This document shows positions 1 to 9,299 of a DNA stretch of 64,000 bases, piece by piece. The notes under the pieces were generated by a model that was not told where the DNA came from, did not search any database, and saw nothing but the letters and a program-made list of their open reading frames with translations. The DNA is taken from contig JAYYZJ010000012.1 in the NCBI GenBank assembly GCA_036340075.1, positions 1 through 64,000 of the forward strand, written 5' to 3'. This DNA is from Thermodesulfobacteriota bacterium (GTDB taxonomy: Bacteria > Desulfobacterota_D > UBA1144). The position numbers were made by a program, and so were the translations under genes. Each line of letters begins with the position of its first letter. The stretch's first letter is position 1.

Positions 1-103
1 GATTTCTATGGAAACCGCAGAGAAATTTGGAAAAAAATAATAGGAGCTTAATCAGTGAATTTCTCTAAAGCTGAAACAATTCACTATTTAATTATTACGA
101 CTC

Positions 104-826
104 ATGAGGATTAGACTAAACAGATATTTATCTGTTTCTGGTATTGCTTCAAGAAGAAAATCAGAAAATTTAATAAAAAACTCAAAAGTCAAAGTTAATG
201 GAAAAGTTGTAACCTCCCTATCCACTATTGTAGAAGTAGATTCAGATAAGATTGAGTGTGATGGTAAGAAAATCAAGCCACAGCGATACGAGTACTATAA
301 GATGAACAAGCCCAGGTTCTATATTACTTCTATGTCGAAGAGTGAAAATAACAGAAAAACCATTGTGGAGCTTTTACCTAAATCTAAAACAAAACTTTTT
401 CCAATAGGAAGACTAGATTATGATACAGAAGGATTGCTTTTATTTACTAACGATGGATTAATGGCACATCATGTGGCTCATCCAAGTTTCAAGGTCACAA
501 AGAAGTACTTAGCTTATATAGAGGGCTCAATTACCCAATCTATAATTTCAAAAATGAGGAAGGGGGCAAAAATGAAAGAAAGATTCTTGGTGCCAACTAA
601 AATTATCCTAAAAAAGGTAGACAAAAACGACAGTTTGGTAGAAATTGAAATACACGAAGGAAGAAATCATATAGTAAAACATTTCTTTAAGTTTTTTGGA
701 AAGCATGTAAAAAAGCTCAAAAGGATTGCGGTGGGCCCCATAAATCTTGGGAAATTACAGCCAGGTAAAATTGAAAAATTAGATTATAATGAACTAGAGG
801 CACTATTAAAACTAGTGACAAAATAG
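104..826 (+). CDS. rluB: rRNA pseudouridine synthase, RsuA/RluB family
   Basis: N-terminal S4 domain (RLNRYLS..GIASRRKSE), catalytic GRLDYDTEGLLL motif, EGRNH motif. Confidence 0.85.
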   Translation: MRIRLNRYLSVSGIASRRKSENLIKNSKVKVNGKVVTSLSTIVEVDSDKIECDGKKIKPQRYEYYKMNKPRFYITSMSKSENNRKTIVELLPKSKTKLFPIGRLDYDTEGLLLFTNDGLMAHHVAHPSFKVTKKYLAYIEGSITQSIISKMRKGAKMKERFLVPTKIILKKVDKNDSLVEIEIHEGRNHIVKHFFKFFGKHVKKLKRIAVGPINLGKLQPGKIEKLDYNELEALLKLVTK

Positions 827-835
827 GAAAAAATA

Positions 836-1471
836 TTGTTTATTACTTTTGAAGGAATTGAAGGATCTGGAAAATCAACCCAAATAGAGCTTCTTTACAA
901 AGTTCTAAAACAGGTACATTTTGATGTTGAAGTAACAAGAGAGCCAGGATGGGGTGCTATCGGAAAATTAATTAGAAGAATAATTCTCGAAAACCCTAAT
1001 CTTGATTTAGATCCTTTTGCTGAGCTTTCTCTCTTTTGTGCAGATAGAGCACAGCATGTTCGTGACTATATTAGGCCCATGCTAAACAAAGGAAAGGTAG
1101 TTCTGTGCGACCGTTTTTCTGATTCTACTGTAGCTTACCAAGGATTTGGACGAGAGATTAATCCAGACTTTGTAAAACAAATGGCATCTAACTCATCATT
1201 AGGCCTTATTCCAAATGTGACTTTTTTACTCGATATATCCGTAAGCACCGCATTAAGTCGAATTGTAGAACGACCAGGAAGAAATAAAATTGATGATGAA
1301 TCATTTGATTTTCACACTCGAGTAAAAAAAGCTTATTTAGATATTGCAAAGCAAAATACAAATAGAGTTTATTTGGTTGATGGAGAACAAGATACTAAAA
1401 TTGTCCATGAGAATATTAAAAGCATTCTTTCTTCTAATTACAGCATTTTTTCACGGCTTTCAAGAAAATGA
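836..1471 (+). CDS. tmk: thymidylate kinase
   Basis: FITFEGIEGSGKST P-loop, TREPG, DRFSDSTVAYQG; TTG start. Confidence 0.95.
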   Translation: MFITFEGIEGSGKSTQIELLYKVLKQVHFDVEVTREPGWGAIGKLIRRIILENPNLDLDPFAELSLFCADRAQHVRDYIRPMLNKGKVVLCDRFSDSTVAYQGFGREINPDFVKQMASNSSLGLIPNVTFLLDISVSTALSRIVERPGRNKIDDESFDFHTRVKKAYLDIAKQNTNRVYLVDGEQDTKIVHENIKSILSSNYSIFSRLSRK

Positions 1472-2421
1472 ATAACGAAACAATTGTAAATTATCATTTA
1501 AAATCGAAATCAACTTTAATGAACTATCTAATTAAAGATGAACCATCTGGAGCTTATTTATTTAGAGGACCAAAAGGCGTTGGTAAAAATATCTTTGCGT
1601 TATTCTTGGCATCAAAGCTCTTGGGCAATCCCGAGAAAATAGACAAAGAAATACATCCTGACTTGCTAATTTTACCCAACGATAAGAATAAAATTTTGGT
1701 TGAAGACACAGAAAAAATGGAAAAGTGGGCGCTCAATAGACCGTTTGAATCAAACAAGAAAATTATTATTATTTATGAAGCCCATCTGATGAGCACAGTA
1801 GTACAAAACAAAATTCTTAAACTACTAGAAGAGCCACCAGAGTATTTGTTGATTTTTCTAATATCTTCTTCTCCTGGACAACTTTTGGCTACTGTAAGAT
1901 CAAGATGTATAGATATAAACTTTGATTTATTGCCGGAAGATTTTTTAATTGAATCTTTAAAAGAGAATGTAGCTAATCAAGATTTAATTAAATTTTCTTT
2001 GTATTTATTAAATGGATCAATGGATAAAATTGAATTTTATACAGATAAAAATCTTAATGAAATAATTGAGCTAACAACCGTTATTGTTAATCAAAACACA
2101 AATGATTTAGAAACTCTTTTGAGCAAAGTTGAAAAGATTACGAAAGAAAAAAGTTTTAACTCAAAGTTTTTTCTTAGCATATTAATAGGGGCTATAAATT
2201 ATGCCCTAATAGAGAAGAACATAGAGAGTCGCTCGCAATCTGGAATATTTAAAGAAATTATTTTAAAGAAAGCTTCAAATTTAAATCTAATATCACTTGT
2301 AAGCAAACTGACTTATCTGGGCTATGATTTACAATGGTCAAATTTTAATTTTAAAATTAATTTTGAATCAATACTTTTAGATTTTATTATGGAGAGCAAT
2401 GAATCATTTAAGGTGGCATAA
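1468..2421 (+). CDS. holB: DNA polymerase III subunit delta'
   Basis: AYLFRGPKGVGK, HPDL, NKILKLLEEPP, TVRSRC; canonical tmk-holB-metG order. Confidence 0.88.
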   Translation: MNNETIVNYHLKSKSTLMNYLIKDEPSGAYLFRGPKGVGKNIFALFLASKLLGNPEKIDKEIHPDLLILPNDKNKILVEDTEKMEKWALNRPFESNKKIIIIYEAHLMSTVVQNKILKLLEEPPEYLLIFLISSSPGQLLATVRSRCIDINFDLLPEDFLIESLKENVANQDLIKFSLYLLNGSMDKIEFYTDKNLNEIIELTTVIVNQNTNDLETLLSKVEKITKEKSFNSKFFLSILIGAINYALIEKNIESRSQSGIFKEIILKKASNLNLISLVSKLTYLGYDLQWSNFNFKINFESILLDFIMESNESFKVA

Positions 2422-2428
2422 TTTGTAA

Positions 2429-3961
2429 ATGAGCCAGATATATATTACTACACCAATATATTATGTTAACGATAATCCCCATGTAGGTCATGCTTATACT
2501 AGTATTGCTTGTGATGCATTAGCCAGATTTTACAGACTAAAAAATTATGAAGTTTTTTTTCTAACCGGAACAGATGAACATGGTCTCAAAATACAACAGG
2601 CAGCTAAAGAAAAAAGTATTACCCCTCAAAATTTTGTGGACAATATGAGTTCCAATTTTCAAGATTTAAGTGAAAACTTAAATTTGTCAAACAATGATTT
2701 TGTTAGGACTAGTTCGCCAAAACATATTGAGGCTGTGGTTAAGTTTTGGGAAAATTTATCCAAAAATAATCAAATATATTTAGATAAGTATTCAGGATGG
2801 TATTCCATTAGAGATGAAGCATTTTATGGTGAGGATGAAATTAAAGATGGGAAAGCACCATCAGGATCACCAGTAGAATGGGTTGAGGAAGAAAGCTATT
2901 TTTTCAAATTATCAGCTTGGGAAAAACCACTTTTAAAGTTTTATAAAGAGAATCCAGATTTTGTTCAACCCAAGTCAAGATTTAATGAAGTAATTAGCTT
3001 TGTTAAGCAGGGCCTTAAAGATTTATCTATTTCTCGAACAAGCTTTAATTGGGGTGTAACTGTTCCAGGCAATAACAATCATGTTGTTTATGTTTGGATT
3101 GATGCATTAACTAATTATTTGACAGCATTAGGGTATCCGAATACCGACAGTGAAATGTTTAAGAAGTTTTGGCCAGCCAATTTTCACATTGTTGGAAAGG
3201 ATATACTCAGGTTCCATGCTATTTATTGGCCAGCTTTACTCATGTCAGTGAACCTACCTATTCCTAAAAAAATAATAGCGCATGGATGGTGGACGATTGA
3301 AAAGGAAAAAATGTCTAAATCTCTAGGGAATGTCGTAAGCCCGAACGAACTTATCAATGAGTTCGGATTAGACCAGCTTAGATTTTTTCTTCTAAGAGAA
3401 GTTCCTTTTGGAAATGATGGTGATTTTTCTAAGGATTCTTTGATAAATAGAATTAATTCGGAGCTAGCCAACAATTTTGGTAATTTGGTAAACAGAGTAT
3501 TTTCGATGACCAATAAAAATCTTCAGGGAATTATTCCAGAATCCGAAATAGGAGAAGAGGAAGAAGAGTTAATCAGCAACTGTAATGAAAGATTGTCTGA
3601 CTATATGGTTTATTTTCAAGCCACAGAATTTAGCAAGGCTATTGAGAAAGTACTAGAGATAGTTTCTAGTACAAATAAATATATTGATGACACTAAACCA
3701 TGGGCATTAGCAAAAGAGAATAAAACAAATGAACTTAAAAAAGTCCTAAGAACTTCATTAGAAATGATAAGATTGATAGCTATACTTTTTTATCCAATAA
3801 TTCCAGATTCCTCTACTAAAATCCTAAAAGCGCTAAATATTAATATAAATAAAGAAAAAAGCTCTTTTAACGGCTTAAATCAAATAAGTAGTTTAGTAGA
3901 GAACCAAAAAATAGGAGAATTGGATCTACTATTTGATAAAATTGACAAAAACCCAAGTTAA
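2429..3961 (+). CDS. metG: methionine--tRNA ligase (short form, no C-terminal tRNA-binding domain)
   Basis: YITTPIYYVN, HVGH, TGTDEHG, YVWIDAL, GKDILRFH, KMSKS. Confidence 0.97.
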   Translation: MSQIYITTPIYYVNDNPHVGHAYTSIACDALARFYRLKNYEVFFLTGTDEHGLKIQQAAKEKSITPQNFVDNMSSNFQDLSENLNLSNNDFVRTSSPKHIEAVVKFWENLSKNNQIYLDKYSGWYSIRDEAFYGEDEIKDGKAPSGSPVEWVEEESYFFKLSAWEKPLLKFYKENPDFVQPKSRFNEVISFVKQGLKDLSISRTSFNWGVTVPGNNNHVVYVWIDALTNYLTALGYPNTDSEMFKKFWPANFHIVGKDILRFHAIYWPALLMSVNLPIPKKIIAHGWWTIEKEKMSKSLGNVVSPNELINEFGLDQLRFFLLREVPFGNDGDFSKDSLINRINSELANNFGNLVNRVFSMTNKNLQGIIPESEIGEEEEELISNCNERLSDYMVYFQATEFSKAIEKVLEIVSSTNKYIDDTKPWALAKENKTNELKKVLRTSLEMIRLIAILFYPIIPDSSTKILKALNININKEKSSFNGLNQISSLVENQKIGELDLLFDKIDKNPS

Positions 3962-3979
3962 CTTATATTTTTCTATTCT

Positions 3980-5521
3980 ATGAGCGATGTTGTTAAAATA
4001 TTTGATACTACTCTACGTGACGGCGAACAAGCCCCTGGATGTAGTATGAATGTTGAAGAAAAACTTAAAGTGGCACTCCAATTAGAAAAGTTGGGAGTGA
4101 ATATTATTGAGGCAGGATTCCCTATAGCTTCTGAAGGAGATTTTAATTCAGTAAAATTAATAGCTAAAGAAATAAAAGATTGCGAGATTGCTGGACTTAG
4201 TAGAGCAAATTTGAAAGATATTGATCGAGCATGGGAAGCAATTAAGTGTGCAGCAAATCCAAGAATCCACACATTCATTGCAACATCAGATATCCACTTA
4301 AAACATAAATTAAAGAAAACAAAAGAGGAAGTTTTAGAAATCATCGGACAAGCTGTTAGACATTCTGCTAAATACACTTCTAACGTAGAGTTTTCTTGTG
4401 AAGATGCAACTAGGACAGACTTAGATTTCATGTGCAAAGCAATTAATGTAGCTATTGAATCCGGAGCAACTACAATTAATATTCCAGACACAGTTGGCTA
4501 TACAGTACCGTCTGAATTTAGAGAAATAATTCGTTACCTAAAATCAAATGCCGAATTAATTAACAATGTCACTATAAGTGTTCATTGTCATAATGATTTA
4601 GGTCTAGCAGTTTCTAATTCTTTAGCAGCTATTAGCGAGGGAGCAAGACAGGTGGAGTGTACAATTAACGGATTAGGAGAAAGAGCAGGCAATGCATCTT
4701 TGGAAGAAATAGTTATGTCGCTAAAAGTAAGAAATGACTTAAATCCTTATCAAACACAAATTGATTCTAAGCAAATTTATCCAACAAGCAAGTTGGTCAG
4801 TAGCGTTACAGGAGTTTTTGTTCAACCTAATAAGGCAATAGTTGGAGCAAATGCTTTTGCTCATGAAGCAGGAATACATCAAGATGGTGTCTTAAAACAA
4901 AGCTTAACCTATGAGATTATGGATCCCTCTGAGGTTGGCATTCCATCAAATCATATTGTGCTTGGAAAGCATTCAGGAAGACACGCATTTCGAGATAGAT
5001 TAAATGAGTTTGGCTATGAACTAACCAAAGAGAATTTTGAGGTTGCCTTTGTTAAATTCAAGGAATTGTGCGATAAGAAGAAATATGTATTCGATGAAGA
5101 TATTGAAGCATTAATCAATGAAGAATTTGTCCGTTCTGGCGATTTCTATAAATTAGGTTCTTTAGAATGTGAGTCTGGAACCGATAAGACTCCAAAAGCC
5201 AAAGTAAAAATTTTTGTAGATAAAGAAGAAAAAGAGGCAGAAGAGTCGGGAGACGGACCTATAGATTCTGTATTTAAAGCTATTTCAAAAGCAGTAGATA
5301 TATATCCAGTCCTAGATTCATACTCTGTATCATCTATAACCGGAGGAATGGATGCGCAAGGGGAAGTTACTGTTACAATTAAGGATGGAGAAACTAGTGC
5401 ACGAGGAAAAGGATCTAGTACTGATGTTATAATAGCGAGTGCCAAAGCTTTAATTAACGCCTTAAACAACCTTAGATGGCGTAAAAACCACCCCAAACTT
5501 AACAATCCAAAGGGTGTTTAA
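3980..5521 (+). CDS. leuA: 2-isopropylmalate synthase
   Basis: DTTLRDGEQ, HCHNDLGLA, GERAGN, HEAGIHQDG, GDGPID regulatory domain. Confidence 0.97.
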   Translation: MSDVVKIFDTTLRDGEQAPGCSMNVEEKLKVALQLEKLGVNIIEAGFPIASEGDFNSVKLIAKEIKDCEIAGLSRANLKDIDRAWEAIKCAANPRIHTFIATSDIHLKHKLKKTKEEVLEIIGQAVRHSAKYTSNVEFSCEDATRTDLDFMCKAINVAIESGATTINIPDTVGYTVPSEFREIIRYLKSNAELINNVTISVHCHNDLGLAVSNSLAAISEGARQVECTINGLGERAGNASLEEIVMSLKVRNDLNPYQTQIDSKQIYPTSKLVSSVTGVFVQPNKAIVGANAFAHEAGIHQDGVLKQSLTYEIMDPSEVGIPSNHIVLGKHSGRHAFRDRLNEFGYELTKENFEVAFVKFKELCDKKKYVFDEDIEALINEEFVRSGDFYKLGSLECESGTDKTPKAKVKIFVDKEEKEAEESGDGPIDSVFKAISKAVDIYPVLDSYSVSSITGGMDAQGEVTVTIKDGETSARGKGSSTDVIIASAKALINALNNLRWRKNHPKLNNPKGV

Positions 5522-5530
5522 AAAAACTTG

Positions 5531-5560
5531 TTGAAATAGAAAACTAGGTTATGTTACAAT
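5531..5560 (+). promoter_or_regulatory. candidate sigma70 promoter TTGAAA-N18-TACAAT with extended -10 TG
   Basis: TTGAAA 5531-5536, TG 5552-5553, TACAAT 5555-5560. Confidence 0.45.
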
Positions 5561-5601
5561 TTAGAAGCGTAGGTAAGGGGATTTTTCCCCGTAAACACTC
5601 T

Positions 5602-5641
5602 GAGAGGTATTCTTTTTTAATAGATGCCTCTCTTTTTTTTT
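5602..5641 (+). terminator. intrinsic terminator
   Basis: GAGAGGTAT...ATGCCTCTC stem followed by a run of about 9 T. Confidence 0.8.
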
Positions 5642-5888
5642 ATATTTTAATACTTTTCCCACATTGTTTACACACTAATTTTTCGTTTTCGTATTCTATC
5701 CATTGGTCACCAGACGATATAACATTTTCCTTATAAAATTTATATTTTTCCTCTTTTACTCTTTTCGAGTATTCTAGCTGCCATTCTTTGTTTTTTACTC
5801 TTTCCTTGAAATAGGTTTCTCTGGGAATGCTGACATATATTCTCCTGGATTTATCACATGAACAGTTAAGCACTATAATTGGAGACAT
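5640..5888 (-). CDS. small hypothetical protein with CxC and CxxC motifs
   Basis: 82-aa ORF filling the intergenic gap; CSC near the N-terminus and CKQCG near the C-terminus; TAATAT 7 nt upstream of ATG. Confidence 0.6.
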   Translation of the reverse strand: MSPIIVLNCSCDKSRRIYVSIPRETYFKERVKNKEWQLEYSKRVKEEKYKFYKENVISSGDQWIEYENEKLVCKQCGKSIKI

Positions 5889-5970
5889 GGTATGAATATT
5901 AATTCAAAAAATAAACGGGTCAATAAATTTATAAGTTTAAATTTTCATATAATTACTTTAGAATTAGATA

Positions 5971-7710
5971 ATGAACGGTATTGAGATTTTGTTTAAAACT
6001 CTACAGAAGGAGAAGGTTGAATATCTCTTTACTCCGTTGCGTAGGTTTGGAGATGACGCAGATAAGATTTTTGATAAAAAATATTCTAAATCAAAATATC
6101 TGACCAAGATTGTTTCTGGAAACGAACAAGGAGCTACTCATATTGCTGATGGATATGCAAGAGTAACTGGAAGAGCAGGAGTGGTAATCTCTGACTCCTC
6201 TACTAGTGGAACCAGTACGATCACAGGATTGCAAACTGCAAATATGGACTCAGCACCACTAGTTGTCTTTATATGTCATTTCACTGAGGATTCTAAGTTG
6301 TCAAATGTTTTTGACCAAATAGATCATGTCGGGTTATCTCGATCCTGCACCAAACACAACTTTTTAGTAGAAGAGACAAAAGATCTTTCAAGAATTATTA
6401 GAGAGGCATTATATTTATCAACTACTGGAAGGCCTGGAACCGTTCTGGTTGATATTTCTAAAAATGCTTTGCTTTCAGAAGCCACATATTCTTTCCCTGA
6501 AATAAAAAAAGTCAGCGGATACAAAATTCCAAAGAAAGGACCATTGGTCGATGTTAAAGAAGCCGCTAATCTAATTATGAAATCACAAAGACCAATTATT
6601 TTTGGAGGAGGGGGCATTGTTATCTCAGGTGCAACAAAGACACTTCAGAGATTTGCAAATAGATTAAAAATCCCAGTTACTTTAACTTTGATGGGGCTAG
6701 GAGGGTACCCACCTGAAGATCCAATGAGAGTTAGTTGGATTGGTATGCACGGATCTTATTTCGCAAACATGGCTGTTCACCATAGTGATTTAGTAATTTC
6801 AATAGGTGCGAGATTTGATGATAGGTCGACAGGAGGCATTTTTGATAAGTTTGCACCTAACGCTCAAGTTATTCATATCGATATAGACCCCTCTACCCTT
6901 AATAAAAATATTAAAGTTCACTGTCCGATTCTTGGTGATGCAAAAGCTGTAATTGAACAAATTGACAAACTTATACCTAAATCATTTAAATACAATAAAG
7001 ATTCCAGAAAAGAATGGTTTGCTCAAATAAGAGAATGGGAAAAAGAACATCCTACAGTGGCTCATCAGGAAGGCAAAAAAATTAAAACAAGTTATGCCAT
7101 AGATTTAATATCTAAAATTACTAAGGGAAATGATGTTGTGGTAACAGATGTAGGACAGCATCAAATGTGGGTTGCTCAGTATTATCAGTTTAAAAATCCA
7201 AGAAATCAGATAACCTCAGGTGGTTTAGGAACAATGGGTTTTGGATTTCCTGCAGCTATCGGTGCTAAACTAGGAAGGCCTAACGACAGGGTTTTAGCTA
7301 TTTGTGGTGATGGCAGCTTTCAAATGAATATGCAGGAATTCTCAACAGCAGTAAAAAACAACTTGGATTTAAAAATTATTCTTATAAACAATGGGCATCA
7401 TGGCATGGTAAGACAATGGCAAACACTATTTTTTGAAAAAAATTATTCATGTTGTAAATTTGATTTGAATCCCGACTACGTGAAACTTGCACAGTCTTAT
7501 GGAGCAAAAGCTTTTAGAATAGACTCACCATACGATTTGGAAGCTTCCTTTAAAGAAGGTTTGTCGACAAAAGGAGTCGTATTAATGGAGCTAATTGTTG
7601 ATTCAACCGAGATGGTTTACCCCATGCTAACCCCAGGCGGAACAATGGACGAAATGCTTTTTGATGCTAAGGATGAGATTCCAGATGGTCCAGTACCAGA
7701 TATGGCGTAG
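5971..7710 (+). CDS. ilvB: acetolactate synthase large subunit-like protein (degenerate N-terminal domain)
   Basis: EQGATHIADGYAR, GRPGTVLVD, GMHG, GARFDDR, TDVGQHQMW, SGGLGTMGFG, GDGSFQMN..NN, GMVRQWQ. Confidence 0.85.
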   Translation: MNGIEILFKTLQKEKVEYLFTPLRRFGDDADKIFDKKYSKSKYLTKIVSGNEQGATHIADGYARVTGRAGVVISDSSTSGTSTITGLQTANMDSAPLVVFICHFTEDSKLSNVFDQIDHVGLSRSCTKHNFLVEETKDLSRIIREALYLSTTGRPGTVLVDISKNALLSEATYSFPEIKKVSGYKIPKKGPLVDVKEAANLIMKSQRPIIFGGGGIVISGATKTLQRFANRLKIPVTLTLMGLGGYPPEDPMRVSWIGMHGSYFANMAVHHSDLVISIGARFDDRSTGGIFDKFAPNAQVIHIDIDPSTLNKNIKVHCPILGDAKAVIEQIDKLIPKSFKYNKDSRKEWFAQIREWEKEHPTVAHQEGKKIKTSYAIDLISKITKGNDVVVTDVGQHQMWVAQYYQFKNPRNQITSGGLGTMGFGFPAAIGAKLGRPNDRVLAICGDGSFQMNMQEFSTAVKNNLDLKIILINNGHHGMVRQWQTLFFEKNYSCCKFDLNPDYVKLAQSYGAKAFRIDSPYDLEASFKEGLSTKGVVLMELIVDSTEMVYPMLTPGGTMDEMLFDAKDEIPDGPVPDMA

Positions 7711-7742
7711 CATTAAAATTTTATTCTGGTAAATTCAAAGAT

Positions 7743-8537
7743 ATGTCGAGAAAATCAGCACTTTTACTTTATCAAAGCCTAGAGAAAATTGACTCTAACA
7801 AAGATTATTGGGAAAAATATATTAAATTTCATGAGATGTATTGGGATGGACCTGCTTCAACACAAAATGTTTACTATGGAAGAGAATATGAAGAGTATAG
7901 AATTTCGTTGTCTAACCATTTGGAAATGGAAGCCGAAGACATTAAAGACTGTCTTTTTACTAAACATGAAAATGGCCGATACTACCTTACACCTCTAGGT
8001 GATGATTCAAATAAATATATTCTGGAGAGCGAGAATATCATACCCCCACAATGGTTCTTTCTCTTCGCTAATGAAGAAAAAAAGTTTTTTTATTCTCATG
8101 CTGGTGACGGAGCAGTGCAAGCCGATGGGATTTATTATGTTACAGATTCTGCTAGCTCAAAAAAGAGATTAAACGAGGTTCAATTGATACTTACAGAAAT
8201 GGAAAAATCGGAACCTCCAAAGGCGATTGAGATTTTCTCAAAAGATTTGGAATTTGGCATCTCTGAGCTCAACTTCTGGTTGTCCAATTTTGATGAAGAT
8301 AGCATGTTAATCTTAAACTACGCAGAATTGAATACTATTATCCATGAGTTTACTTTGAAAAATGAAAATTCAGTGCAAGATTTATGGTTTCTAATCAAGA
8401 ACTTAGAGAAAAAAAAATACAATGAAGCTTCTTCAGACTTAAAAATATTTAAACAGAAATGGTCTGAGATTGGAGAAAAATCTTCTACTTCTGGGGAACC
8501 AATAATTAAGAACGAAGAAGAAGAAAGCATCCAATAA
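7743..8537 (+). CDS. hypothetical protein (acidic, 264 aa)
   Basis: Long ORF with typical composition; no motif recognised. Confidence 0.8.
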   Translation: MSRKSALLLYQSLEKIDSNKDYWEKYIKFHEMYWDGPASTQNVYYGREYEEYRISLSNHLEMEAEDIKDCLFTKHENGRYYLTPLGDDSNKYILESENIIPPQWFFLFANEEKKFFYSHAGDGAVQADGIYYVTDSASSKKRLNEVQLILTEMEKSEPPKAIEIFSKDLEFGISELNFWLSNFDEDSMLILNYAELNTIIHEFTLKNENSVQDLWFLIKNLEKKKYNEASSDLKIFKQKWSEIGEKSSTSGEPIIKNEEEESIQ

Positions 8538-8581
8538 GGAGCAATTGATTTTTGGACATATAGTGGTAACTTTAAGGACTT

Positions 8582-8731
8582 ATGAAAAGAACTTACCAGC
8601 CTAGTGAAAGAAAAAAAGTTAGAAAACATGGTTTTCGATCTAGACAGCTAACTAAAGCTGGGAAAAAGGTTTTAGCGCTTCGCAGATCCAAGGGTAGAGC
8701 AAGCCTCACAGTTTCTCGCCATTCTAAATGA
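8582..8731 (+). CDS. rpmH: 50S ribosomal protein L34
   Basis: Not in ORF track; translated by hand as [53 protein letters not shown] overlap with rnpA. Confidence 0.97.
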   Translation: MKRTYQPSERKKVRKHGFRSRQLTKAGKKVLALRRSKGRASLTVSRHSK

Positions 8732-9066
8732 ATTCTTCTTCAAATATACCAGAATCTAGGAAATTAAAGGTTAAAAAGAATTTTAAATCGAGTAAGAAAA
8801 TTAGATTGAATGGCATAGATATGTTTATTCAAGAAAAGAAAAATATTTCATGCTCAAAACCAGGTGTTATAATATCTAAAAAAAATATCAGTAAGGCTGT
8901 ATTGCGTAATAAATATAAAAGGCTAATCAGAGAGGTTGTTAGGCTAGATTTTAAGGATTTAAAAGACAGAGAAATTTTTTTTGTAGTTAATAAAAAGATT
9001 TTAGATTTTGACTTCAATAGGATACGAAAAGAGCTTTTAATTGGTAGAAAGCGAATTACTAAATGA
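8728..9066 (+). CDS. rnpA: ribonuclease P protein component
   Basis: [24 protein letters not shown]-like motif; lies between rpmH and yidD. Confidence 0.9.
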   Translation: MNSSSNIPESRKLKVKKNFKSSKKIRLNGIDMFIQEKKNISCSKPGVIISKKNISKAVLRNKYKRLIREVVRLDFKDLKDREIFFVVNKKILDFDFNRIRKELLIGRKRITK

Positions 9067-9299
9067 GGAATATACTCCAGTTTATTTTAATAGGACTTAT
9101 CAAACTTTATAGATTGTCTTTTTCAAAAATATTGCCAACAGCGTGTAGGCATTATCCAAGCTGTTCTCAGTATTCATTGGATGCTATTAATTTTTATGGT
9201 CCGTACAAGGGTTTTGCAATGTCTATAATACGGATACTTAAATGTAATCCGTTTTTTTCTGGTGGAATCGATGAGGTAATTGTGGAGAAAAAGAAATGA
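9063..9299 (+). CDS. yidD: membrane protein insertion efficiency factor YidD
   Basis: CRHYPSCSQY, RILKCNPF..GGID. Confidence 0.93.
   Translation: MRNILQFILIGLIKLYRLSFSKILPTACRHYPSCSQYSLDAINFYGPYKGFAMSIIRILKCNPFFSGGIDEVIVEKKK

Noticed and set aside
1..51. Possible 3' end of an upstream CDS
   Set aside because: Two frames are open (stops ending at 40 and 51) and the fragment is too short to identify.
5551..5736. 61-aa plus-strand ORF as an attenuator leader peptide for ilvB
   Set aside because: It starts inside the promoter-like element, runs through the terminator, has no Leu/Ile/Val codon run before the hairpin, and another gene lies between it and ilvB.
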